Below are positions 1 through 7,169 of a stretch of 58,641 nt of DNA, one piece after another (within the stretch, counting starts at the first letter, position 1; each line of letters begins with the position of its first letter). The stretch lies in the IMG/VR virus record IMGVR_UViG_3300022906_000004, positions 1 to 58,641 of that record. One strand, 5' to 3'. Under the pieces are notes generated by a model. That model was given only the letters and a program-made list of their open reading frames with translations, was not told the DNA's origin and searched no databases. Origin of the DNA: a virus. Lineage: Duplodnaviria > Caudoviricetes. The position numbers and the translations under genes are program-made.

Positions 1-11
1 TCCGGGCGGGT

Positions 12-137
12 GGGTTGCGGTCGGGGCTGGTCACTTCGAGAACAGGGGGAGCGGGGCGGGGCAGGCGCGCATGACCGGGAAAGCCGAGGTGGCCGACTGG
101 GGCCGCCTGGGCTCCCGGGTACCGGCCGGGCCGGGCC
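12..137. repeat. Terminal direct repeat, left copy (circular assembly overlap)
   Basis: 126 bp identical to 58516-58641; the preceding 11 bases also match 58505-58515 with 3 mismatches; ORFs read through the junction. Confidence 0.9.
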
Positions 138-474
138 GGGTGTAGTTGCAGCGCACGGCGGCCATCTCGACGCCGTACCGGTACACGTAGACGGTGCCCG
201 CGTCGAACACGTAGGCCCACTGGGTGTCGGTGCTGGACGCGTAGCGCCACGGCCAGTCGACGGAGCCGTTGGGGGCGCCGTTACGGGTGGTGCCGATCAG
301 GTCGTGGACCTCGGCTTCGAAGTCCTCCGGGCTGTACACGTCGTCGGCGATGGACTGGAATCGGCCCCACACGTCGATGTCCTCGGGGGCGCCAGCGGTG
401 GGGAGGCTGCCCAGGTATTTGGCGTCGGGGCCGCGACCCAGATAGAAGTCTGCGGGGGCGTGGGCGAGGTTCAT
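31..474 (-). CDS. Hypothetical protein
   Basis: ATG after GAGGAG RBS, ATGA overlap with upstream gene, protein-like composition (MNLAHAPADFYLG...). Confidence 0.75.
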   Translation of the reverse strand: MNLAHAPADFYLGRGPDAKYLGSLPTAGAPEDIDVWGRFQSIADDVYSPEDFEAEVHDLIGTTRNGAPNGSVDWPWRYASSTDTQWAYVFDAGTVYVYRYGVEMAAVRCNYTRPGPAGTREPRRPQSATSAFPVMRACPAPLPLFSK

Positions 475-845
475 GATCGGTAGCTCCTCGGGTGGATGCT
501 GCATCCGGGTGTGCGGCAGTCGAACGCGGCGTGCGGGCACAGTTGCTGGCAGGACAGGCAGCGGCAGGGCGTGACGGGGTTGGCGCTGAAGTACTCCAGC
601 ATGTCGCTGGCGGCGCCGTGGGCCAGGGTGCCGTGCGGGTGGCGCCGCTTCTCGTGAGCCCAGAACTGGAGGTTGTGCTGCCACGTGACGTAGCGGTCGT
701 GGATGGCCTGGCCGTAGGCGTTGGCCTGCCGTGCGCGGCGGCCGCGCCGGAGTCGGCCGATCGGCCCCCGGAGCGCCCAGATGAGCGCTCCGGGGATGAT
801 CGCGAGGCCGATGAGCTGGCCCAGGGTGTAGGCGACGGCGTTCAC
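471..845 (-). CDS. Membrane protein with Cys-rich C-terminus
   Basis: GTGA overlap with 842..1339; N-terminal hydrophobic helix; CRCLSCQQLC..C..C. Confidence 0.7.
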   Translation of the reverse strand: MNAVAYTLGQLIGLAIIPGALIWALRGPIGRLRRGRRARQANAYGQAIHDRYVTWQHNLQFWAHEKRRHPHGTLAHGAASDMLEYFSANPVTPCRCLSCQQLCPHAAFDCRTPGCSIHPRSYRS

Positions 846-1339
846 GAGGCGGGCCGGGGGTTGGGGCACTCGGGGCAGTCCATGCGAGCGCGGGCCGGGG
901 CGCTCTTGTGCCACGGGTTGGCGCAGGGCGGCACGTCGGGGAACGTGAGGCTCATGCCCACGAGCTTGGCGGACCGCAGGGTGTTCAGGTAGACGTCGTG
1001 CGCGGAGCCGAGGTAACGCACGCGGATCCGGTCGGCGTAGCCGGGGCCGTGGCGGTGGGCCAGCAGGATGACGGAGTCGACCATGGCGATGCCGTGCTGG
1101 CGCTCGACTCGGGTGCCGCCTGCGTTCTCCCAGCTGATCTCCACGGGCAGCGTCCTCTTGGCCGCCGTGATCAACGCCTCGCACGTCTTGACGTCGATGC
1201 CGGTCAGGTCCGACATCTCGAACTCCAGGTCGTGCATGCCGATCCAGTCGGAGGTGTGCGTGGAGTTGTCGACGACCCAGCCGACGCTTTCCCACGTGAT
1301 CTCCGAGAGGCGCTTCCAGGTGTTGGCGGTCTCGCTCAT
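842..1339 (-). CDS. Hypothetical protein (cassette gene)
   Basis: Directly follows conserved promoter/leader element. Confidence 0.8.
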   Translation of the reverse strand: MSETANTWKRLSEITWESVGWVVDNSTHTSDWIGMHDLEFEMSDLTGIDVKTCEALITAAKRTLPVEISWENAGGTRVERQHGIAMVDSVILLAHRHGPGYADRIRVRYLGSAHDVYLNTLRSAKLVGMSLTFPDVPPCANPWHKSAPARARMDCPECPNPRPAS

Positions 1340-1410
1340 GATCTTGGTCCTTCCCTCGGGGGTTGTTCCTTGCTGTGTTCACAGTACCCCACTGGCGCAG
1401 TGGGTGTCAA
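1340..1410 (-). promoter_or_regulatory. Conserved promoter/operator/leader element
   Basis: TTGACA-18 bp (CCCACTG..CAGTGGG dyad)-TACTGT..GGAACAAC..GAAGGACC..ATG. Confidence 0.85.
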
Positions 1411-1817
1411 CACGGGTGTTCGCGGCCGCAGGACTCGCATAGCCAGTACTTGCCGCCCCGGCGGTTGAGCCGCTCCACGGCGTCGGGCAGCGACGTCTCC
1501 CGGGAGCAGTAGCGACAGAACACCACAGGCGCGGTCGGGAAGCCCGGATCGTGCCCCTGGCAGGCGCAGCGACCACAACGACCCCAGAGTCCATCGGCAC
1601 GCTCAGGGCGCGCGTGCGACAGCAGAGGATGGCCGCAGGCGTGACTCGGACCGGGCTGCGGGCCGACCTCGGGCGAGGAGCCCTGTAGGGCGGCGGGCGG
1701 GTGCAGGAGGGTGATGCAGGTGACGTCCGAGAAGGCGTACAAGACGCCTCGGTAGCGGGTGGCGATGACGCCGCCTCGCATGTACGCGGTGCGGCTGTCG
1801 TCGAACTCGGGGCCCAC
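1407..1817 (-). CDS. Cys-rich (Zn-finger-like) hypothetical protein
   Basis: GTG after GAGGAGG; CGRCAC, CRYC, CESC motifs. Confidence 0.65.
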   Translation of the reverse strand: MGPEFDDSRTAYMRGGVIATRYRGVLYAFSDVTCITLLHPPAALQGSSPEVGPQPGPSHACGHPLLSHARPERADGLWGRCGRCACQGHDPGFPTAPVVFCRYCSRETSLPDAVERLNRRGGKYWLCESCGREHPC

Positions 1818-1840
1818 GGCGGGCACCTCCTCGGGATATG

Positions 1841-1877
1841 CCGCAGCCCCGCCCGGGGAAGCTGGGCGGGGCTGCGG
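1841..1877. terminator. Stem-loop, putative terminator
   Basis: 14-bp inverted repeat just downstream of 1885..2241. Confidence 0.6.
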
Positions 1878-1884
1878 GTTTCGA

Positions 1885-2241
1885 TCACCAGGTGTAGGTC
1901 TCCCGGGCGCCGAAGTCGGACGTGGTGATGTGGCCAATTCGGTAGTCGATGCCCACCGGGGTGTCCTGCAGCATCGACGTGCCGTGGTCGATCAGGGCAC
2001 CGAGGAGGTAGCCGTAGCGCCTGGCGGTGGCCTCGCTGGCCGGGACGCACAGGGTGATGGCGCGGGGGCCCTCCACCTTGACCTTGACGTTCCGGTAGAT
2101 CCACTGGACCATCCGGTACTCGCGGGCGGTGTAGACGCACGAATCGCGCATGGCGTCGAGCCGGTGGGGGATCTCCTCGCGGATCGTGGTCGCCAGGGCG
2201 TCGGTCATGTCCTGGTCGGTGATGGCGTCGAGGTTGATCAT
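1885..2241 (-). CDS. Hypothetical protein (cassette gene)
   Basis: Follows conserved leader element. Confidence 0.8.
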   Translation of the reverse strand: MINLDAITDQDMTDALATTIREEIPHRLDAMRDSCVYTAREYRMVQWIYRNVKVKVEGPRAITLCVPASEATARRYGYLLGALIDHGTSMLQDTPVGIDYRIGHITTSDFGARETYTW

Positions 2242-2330
2242 CTCGGGTCCTTCTCTCTGTGGAGTTGTTCCGTTGCCGCTGGCGTAACTCTACCCCCTGC
2301 GGTTGTGGGTGTCAACCGCAGGGGGTAGAG
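2242..2330 (-). promoter_or_regulatory. Conserved promoter/leader element embedded in an 18-bp perfect hairpin
   Basis: TTGACA(2310-2315)-17-TAGAGT; hairpin 2288-2330; GGAACAACTCCACAGAGAGAAGGACCCGAG-ATG. Confidence 0.85.
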
Positions 2331-2337
2331 ACTTCGG

Positions 2338-2703
2338 TCAGTCGCCCGACGTGACGATGACGCCGTCCGGGAGCGGCATCCACGCCGACAGGTTCGAGCC
2401 GTCGCGCTTGATCATGACGCCGCGCCCCGCCTCCCGTTCGAACACCCGGGAGTGGATCTCTCCGGTGACCGTGCGACGGCCATCGGCCCACGTCACCGTC
2501 ACCCGGTCCAGGATCTTGAAGCCCTCCAGGCCGCTGTCCATCTCGCGGAGGGAGTCGGCCATCTTGGCCGGGAGGTGCACGACCTCGCCGTCCATGTGGT
2601 CGAGGCGGACGTAGACGCGCAGCTTGCTCGTGGTGGCGATCTCGAAGAACTCGCCACTGCGGGAGAGGTTGGTGCGGGCGCTGGTGCCGGTGACGTTGAA
2701 CAT
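2338..2703 (-). CDS. Hypothetical protein (cassette gene)
   Basis: Follows conserved leader element. Confidence 0.8.
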   Translation of the reverse strand: MFNVTGTSARTNLSRSGEFFEIATTSKLRVYVRLDHMDGEVVHLPAKMADSLREMDSGLEGFKILDRVTVTWADGRRTVTGEIHSRVFEREAGRGVMIKRDGSNLSAWMPLPDGVIVTSGD

Positions 2704-2771
2704 GTGCTGGTCCTTCCGGGGGGGTTGTTCCGCTTAGGGAGAGACTAGCCCACCGCGACCATGGGTGTCAA
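2704..2771 (-). promoter_or_regulatory. Conserved promoter/operator/leader element
   Basis: TTGACA-18-TAGTCT..GGAACAAC..GAAGGACC..ATG. Confidence 0.85.
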
Positions 2772-3077
2772 CTCCCTGCGCAGCACCTTCTGCGCGGGAC
2801 CGACCTGGCCGCCCTGGTGGCACTGACACGGCAGGCACGCGGGGCGGATATTCCCGCGCCGGTAACTGCCGCCATCCACGCCCAGCACAATCCGGTCCGG
2901 CGAGACGTTGCTGGCGTCGAGCACATACAGGCAGCGCGGGGAGCGCTGCAGGAAGCACGCCACGTGCTCCCCGTCGCCGTAGCGCTCGACCAGCCACTCC
3001 CGGCGGCGACGACGCGAGTAGCTGGACCCGCGATCGTTGCGGTTGCTACGTGAGCGGCGATCCGCACGTCGAGCCAT
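2745..3077 (-). CDS. HNH endonuclease
   Basis: Arg-rich N-terminus, C..C, DRI..G..GGSYRRGNIRPACLPC pattern typical of actinophage HNH proteins. Confidence 0.75.
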   Translation of the reverse strand: MARRADRRSRSNRNDRGSSYSRRRRREWLVERYGDGEHVACFLQRSPRCLYVLDASNVSPDRIVLGVDGGSYRRGNIRPACLPCQCHQGGQVGPAQKVLRRELTPMVAVG

Positions 3078-3082
3078 GGCTA

Positions 3083-3262
3083 TCAGCGGCCGCACTGGGG
3101 TGCCGCGAGTCCGGGCGACACCGGACCGGTGTCGCCCTTCACGTGCGTGACGCCCGGCGTACGCAGGGTGCCGCAGGCGCACACGGTGGCCGGGTTGTGC
3201 GTGCCGCTCTGCTGCTGGGCCGCGAGTTTCTGACGTGCCTTGCGGGTGACGCTCTTGCTCAT
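3083..3262 (-). CDS. Small hypothetical protein
   Basis: ATG after GAAAGG; fills the gap in the operon. Confidence 0.55.
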   Translation of the reverse strand: MSKSVTRKARQKLAAQQQSGTHNPATVCACGTLRTPGVTHVKGDTGPVSPGLAAPQCGR

Positions 3263-3273
3263 GGACAGACCTT

Positions 3274-3699
3274 TCAGGGGAGGGGCACGGAGCCGGGAGG
3301 CAGCGCGCCGTGGTTGAGCAGCTCCACGGCCGCGTCGGCCGTGAGCGGGCCCGTGGCGGCCCGGTGACGCGCCCGTGCCGCCCGGCTTCCCGGGACGTCG
3401 GGACGGCCGTTGTGGACGTGCACGGCGAGCAGGCCGTTGGCCACCGACGTGAGGCAGTCGGCCGGGATGGTCACGTCCCCGTCGTCGGACTGCAGCACGA
3501 CGGAGCCGTCCTCGTCCAGGCGCCAGCCCCACAGGGGAGCGGCTTCGACGACTTCGGGGCGGTGCTCGTTCAGTGGCGCCACGAGCCAGGGCTGGGTGCC
3601 AGTGGCGTGAGGGAGCGGGTGCTGGCCGGAGGGGATCACGGGGTCATCCTCGGGTGGTTGAAACGTGTCAAGGTGATCTAGCTGGTCGAGTGCAGACAA
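3274..3699 (-). CDS. Hypothetical protein
   Basis: ORF track; protein-like composition; start uncertain. Confidence 0.65.
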   Translation of the reverse strand: MSALDQLDHLDTFQPPEDDPVIPSGQHPLPHATGTQPWLVAPLNEHRPEVVEAAPLWGWRLDEDGSVVLQSDDGDVTIPADCLTSVANGLLAVHVHNGRPDVPGSRAARARHRAATGPLTADAAVELLNHGALPPGSVPLP

Positions 3700-3700
3700 G

Positions 3701-3730
3701 CCAGGGGGGCCGGTTTCCCGGCCCCCCTGG
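3701..3730. terminator. Stem-loop, putative terminator
   Basis: 13-bp perfect inverted repeat right after the stop of 3734..3907. Confidence 0.65.
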
Positions 3731-3733
3731 GTT

Positions 3734-3907
3734 TCAGCCCCGCAGGTGTTCGGGGAGGACGTGGTCCGATTCGCCGCCGCAGAGGCAGGTCCAGACCTCC
3801 ATCTGGACTCCGCTCCCGGAGGCGCTGGCGACCGTTTCTCCGGTGAAGGCGTGGCCGGTGTGGATGGTGTCCATGTCTTCGGGGGAGTAGCACGGGTTGG
3901 TCTGCAT
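3734..3907 (-). CDS. Small hypothetical protein (cassette gene)
   Basis: MQTNPCY..., 57 aa; ATG positioned by the conserved leader. Confidence 0.75.
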   Translation of the reverse strand: MQTNPCYSPEDMDTIHTGHAFTGETVASASGSGVQMEVWTCLCGGESDHVLPEHLRG

Positions 3908-3979
3908 CTCGGGTCCTTCTCTCTGGAGTTGTTCCCTGCTGATGTGAACTACTCTACCCACCCCCGACGTGGGTGTCAA
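3908..3979 (-). promoter_or_regulatory. Conserved promoter/operator/leader element
   Basis: TTGACA-17-TAGAGT..GGAACAAC..GAAGGACCCGAG-ATG. Confidence 0.85.
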
Positions 3980-4018
3980 CCCCCTGGCGGCACCCGCGTC
4001 AGGGTTCACTCGAACGGA

Positions 4019-4231
4019 CTAGCGGCCGGGCCGCAGGAACCCTGGGGCCAGGTCGTGCCAGGCCCGCGAGGCCTCGGCGGGCGGGTCGCGCACCAGGTGC
4101 CACGGCTCCCTGTGATGGTGGCCGCCCGGCTGACGACGGATGGCCCGGGAGCGGGCGCGGAGCCCCTCGGGGCCACCCGAAGGGCTCTCCAGGGCGCAGC
4201 CGCAGCGGGAGCACTCGCCAGCACGGATCAT
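4019..4231 (-). CDS. Small hypothetical protein
   Basis: ATGA overlap with upstream gene; CSRC motif. Confidence 0.45.
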   Translation of the reverse strand: MIRAGECSRCGCALESPSGGPEGLRARSRAIRRQPGGHHHREPWHLVRDPPAEASRAWHDLAPGFLRPGR

Positions 4232-4605
4232 GAGAGCTTGACCGCCCCGACCTCCACGAGGCTGACCGCCAGCAGGTGGTAGCACACCCGGGCGTTCTGA
4301 CCCGCCGGGCAGGTGCACAGCTGGCGGTCCGTCCGATAGGTGCCGTTCTGCGTGGTGACCGTGTAGAAGCTGTCCGAGGCGTTCTTGGCCACCCCACCGG
4401 CCTGCAGGAGCGCCACGGCCTTCTCCGCCAGCGCCTCCGAGGTGAGCTTGGCGGCCTCCTCGACGGCCGCGCGGTACTTGCGCTCGCACACTGGGCCGCG
4501 CCCGCGTTCGATGCTTTTCGGGTCCTTCAGCACCCGGTGGCAGCGGGAGCAGATGCCGGTGGGCGCGAGCGCCTCGGCGACAACATCCTGGGCGGCGGTG
4601 GTCAT
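4228..4605 (-). CDS. DUF6011-like Zn ribbon plus SWIM Zn-finger protein
   Basis: CSRCHRVLKDPKSIERGRGPVC and CTCPAG....CYH motifs. Confidence 0.7.
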   Translation of the reverse strand: MTTAAQDVVAEALAPTGICSRCHRVLKDPKSIERGRGPVCERKYRAAVEEAAKLTSEALAEKAVALLQAGGVAKNASDSFYTVTTQNGTYRTDRQLCTCPAGQNARVCYHLLAVSLVEVGAVKLS

Positions 4606-4674
4606 CTCGGTGGTCCTTCCCTTGGGGTTGTTCCGTACACGAAGGACCATACCCATCGCCGTCATGGGTGTCAA
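4606..4674 (-). promoter_or_regulatory. Conserved promoter/operator/leader element
   Basis: TTGACA-17-TATGGT..GGAACAAC..GAAGGACC..ATG. Confidence 0.85.
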
Positions 4675-4677
4675 TCC

Positions 4678-4857
4678 CTAGGGGTGGACCACCTGCAGCT
4701 GCTCGTGCATCGCGTCAATGGACTCCCACCAGGCGTCATACTGGCGCTCCCGGTGCAGCCACATCAGGTCAGGCAGGGCGCTGGTCCACGCGTAGGCGGC
4801 GGACCACCCGCTGGCGGCCACGGCGGCCGCCAGCAGGATCAAGGCCAGGGCGATCAT
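4678..4857 (-). CDS. Small membrane protein
   Basis: ATGA overlap; MIALALILLAAAVAASGW hydrophobic helix. Confidence 0.65.
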   Translation of the reverse strand: MIALALILLAAAVAASGWSAAYAWTSALPDLMWLHRERQYDAWWESIDAMHEQLQVVHP

Positions 4858-5282
4858 CGCTGCGCCTTGAGAACGGCGAGGACGTCGACACCGAGGTCGG
4901 TCAGCGGGTTGTAGTTGACGTCCGCGTACATGAGCGGGTCGACCAGCTTGCGTGCCAGCAGGGCGACGACCGTGCCATGTTTGACGGTGCCGGAACAGAC
5001 GATTGCCAGCCTGTCCGGGTCCGGCTGACGATCGGCTTCGTAGGCGGTGCGCGCCTGGTCGCAAACGGGGCTGGTCTCGCAGTATTCGAGAGTTTCCACG
5101 TAGGCGCCAAAGTCCAGACTCTCGTGCCCCTGGCAGTAGTCGGCCGGGTAGTCCCACTCCGGCTCCGGCGGGGCGGCCTCGGCGGTCAGCAGTGCGGCGC
5201 GCATGGGGCCGCTGAGTTCGGCGGCCAGGAGCTGGGCGCGAAGCGTCCGCGCAGTGGCGTTGCTCTGCTCGGTTGTCCTCAT
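4854..5282 (-). CDS. Hypothetical protein (cassette gene)
   Basis: ATG positioned by the conserved leader. Confidence 0.8.
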   Translation of the reverse strand: MRTTEQSNATARTLRAQLLAAELSGPMRAALLTAEAAPPEPEWDYPADYCQGHESLDFGAYVETLEYCETSPVCDQARTAYEADRQPDPDRLAIVCSGTVKHGTVVALLARKLVDPLMYADVNYNPLTDLGVDVLAVLKAQR

Positions 5283-5353
5283 GATCTTGGGTCCTTCCCT
5301 GTCGGGTTGTTCCTGACACACGCAATGTAGCCCACGCGCGCAGTGGGTGTCAA
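5283..5353 (-). promoter_or_regulatory. Conserved promoter/operator/leader element
   Basis: TTGACA-18-TACATT; leader identical to the one before 45716. Confidence 0.85.
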
Positions 5354-5357
5354 GCAG

Positions 5358-5882
5358 TCAGCGTGCGCGCACCGCGCGCGCGATGGCCTGCAGCGACTCC
5401 GGGGAGGTGCCGCCCTCGGACGCCACCGATTCGAGGGCGGCGGCCACGGCCTCGGACAGCGCCCGGGATGGGTGACCGTCCTCGTGGGCCGTGCGGTGCG
5501 CGAATCGGGCAGCCCGTACCGCGCACCCGGCGCGCTCCTTTTGGAGCTGCGTGAGGGGCTCGGGCGGCTCGTCTGCGACCTGCGGGACCGGGACGGCGGC
5601 CTGTACCTGGGCCAGGTAGCGGTAGACGTCGCGGCCACGGCTGGTCAGCAGGTGCCTGCGCAGTTCCGGTTGAGCGTGGACGGGGAGCAGGAGGTTTCTG
5701 CCCATCAGGGCCAGGACGGTGTCCGCGCGGGCGTTGGGGGTGTTCCGGGTGACGTACATGACGTCGGGCGCGATGACGGTCGCCGAGAGTAGTGCGGCGA
5801 CCATGGTCGGCGAGAGTTCTTCCGCCCTCAGTCGGGTCGCCAGCGCCCTGCTCGCGGCCATTGTCGGCTCTGTTGTGTCCAT
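5358..5882 (-). CDS. Hypothetical protein (cassette gene)
   Basis: ATG positioned by the conserved leader. Confidence 0.8.
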   Translation of the reverse strand: MDTTEPTMAASRALATRLRAEELSPTMVAALLSATVIAPDVMYVTRNTPNARADTVLALMGRNLLLPVHAQPELRRHLLTSRGRDVYRYLAQVQAAVPVPQVADEPPEPLTQLQKERAGCAVRAARFAHRTAHEDGHPSRALSEAVAAALESVASEGGTSPESLQAIARAVRAR

Positions 5883-5955
5883 GATCTTGGTCCTTCCCTC
5901 GGGCGGGGTTGTTCCTGATGCGCACACGGTAGCCCACGTGCGCAGTGGGTATCAA
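5883..5955 (-). promoter_or_regulatory. Conserved promoter/operator/leader element
   Basis: TTGATA-18-TACCGT..GGAACAAC..GAAGGACCAAGATC-ATG. Confidence 0.8.
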
Positions 5956-5956
5956 G

Positions 5957-6028
5957 TGGTGAATGGGCCGGAATCGAACCGACGTCTCCAGGTGTTAGCT
6001 GGTGCATGGACCACTCTGCTATCCATTC
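5957..6028 (-). tRNA. Atypical tRNA with AAC anticodon (Val-like), possibly pseudo
   Basis: D-loop AGTGG, T-loop TTCGATT, encoded CCA; only a 6-bp acceptor and 4-bp anticodon stem; loop CTAACAC. Confidence 0.55.
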
Positions 6029-6254
6029 GCCCCTGTTGCCTCGCGCGGCCACACGCTTAGCAGAGCAGGGTTCATGTCGCTGGGCTCCCCTGGCCAACCG
6101 GGTTGACGTTCAGCGACGCGCGCAGACCCACCGGTGCCGGTCCGGTCCTCCGCCGTGTTCCCCCGAGGCGCGACCCTCGGGGTACTAGGGCAGGGCTCAC
6201 CTGAGCTGGGCCCTAGGAGGCTCCTTCCGGTTCGCGGCCGGTCGTCTCCTCCAG

Positions 6255-6326
6255 CAGTGCGTACGGGGGTCGAACCCGTGTCTCCGGGATGAGAACCCGG
6301 TGTCCATGCCTCTGGACCAACGCACC
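6255..6326 (-). tRNA. tRNA-Glu(CTC)
   Basis: Full cloverleaf: GGTGCGT/ACGCACT, CCGGG-TTCTCAT-CCCGG, ACGGG-TTCGACC-CCCGT; no encoded CCA. Confidence 0.85.
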
Positions 6327-6382
6327 TCGGTGCCGCCGTTGTCGATCACCTCGCCCCGGCGGCTAGGACGAGAGAGCTGTAG

Positions 6383-6456
6383 TGCTCCGTACGGGATTCG
6401 AACCCGCAAACTCCGGCTTGAAAGGCCGTCGGGTCTACCGGTTCCCCTAACGGAGC
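6383..6456 (-). tRNA. tRNA-Glu(TTC)
   Basis: Cloverleaf GCTCCGT/ACGGAGC, anticodon loop CTTTCAA, T-loop TTCGAAT. Confidence 0.85.
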
Positions 6457-6460
6457 AGGC

Positions 6461-6556
6461 GGGGATGTGCTGCCGTTACACCACACCGGCAGGCTTGCGA
6501 TCACAGACGCGATCCTCGGGCCCCATCAGGCAGGGATTCGAACCCCAACCTTCCCC
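6461..6556 (-). ncRNA. Circularly permuted tRNA-like RNA (YrlA-like topology)
   Basis: Order 5'-GGGGA, T arm (GGTTCGAATCC), closed acceptor-like stem, D arm (TGGTGTAACGGCAGCAC), TCCCC-3'. Confidence 0.6.
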
Positions 6557-6863
6557 TAGCTCGGTGGGCGGTCGCCGGTGTCCGCTCCCGAGGACCGGCG
6601 ACCGCCCGTGTCCACTCCAGGCTGTGACGCACCTCCCCGTTTCTCGTCTGGGGTGCAGACGGGTCAGCCCCTGACCTCCAAGACGGGGTGTGACCCTCGC
6701 TTCCGGGAAGCCGGACACGAAAGCAGGAGGGCGGTAGAAACCCTCGGTTCCTGCGGATCGGTCCGGATGGAGGTGAGCGAGCTAAGGGCCCGGTAGCTGT
6801 CACCTTGTACCGGGCAACCCCCGGCTTCCGACCCTTGCGGGTCCGTAGGTGACAGGGGAGCTA

Positions 6864-7006
6864 TGGGCTGATCGTCCGGCGGGATTCGAACCCGCGTGCG
6901 GCGGGGTGCACAGTCGGGCCCCATCCGCTCGTCCTGGCTACACCGCCCATGCACGGGTTCACGCTCCAGGAGTCCCGTTCGGCCACTCGGGCACGAACGA
7001 TCAACC
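6864..7006 (-). ncRNA. tRNA-like RNA with extended acceptor, enlarged anticodon arm and long variable arm
   Basis: 13-bp terminal stem, D arm TGCCCGAGTGGCCGAACGGG, T arm GCGGG-TTCGAAT-CCCGC, ends in CCA; no 7-nt anticodon loop. Confidence 0.65.
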
Positions 7007-7169
7007 GTTGACCCCTCGGGCGGGCGCACCGCTTCGCGCAGGTGATTCCAGGGCCCTGGCCTGCGGCCAGTCTGTCCACGCCCCGTAGGGATCTTGGTGC
7101 GCACGGGCAGTAGGTCCTATCCAGGCGAATGGCTACACCATCGTTGCCCGTGCGCAGTCTGTGGAGTTG

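Noticed and set aside
1-137. Biological terminal repeat or attachment site
   Set aside because: Repeat lies inside a coding region and its length fits an assembler overlap; read data would be needed to define real ends
1340-5955. Regularly recurring repeats as a CRISPR array or integron attC sites
   Set aside because: Repeats are promoter/RBS elements separated by whole genes, vary in sequence, and no cas or integron integrase is present
5957-6028. Amber suppressor reading (CTA) of the atypical tRNA
   Set aside because: In the 7-nt loop CTAACAC the central triplet is AAC; TAG is used as an ordinary stop in several genes
6006-7104. Short ORFs listed across the RNA cluster
   Set aside because: No RBS, low-complexity Arg/Pro/Gly translations, overlap tRNAs
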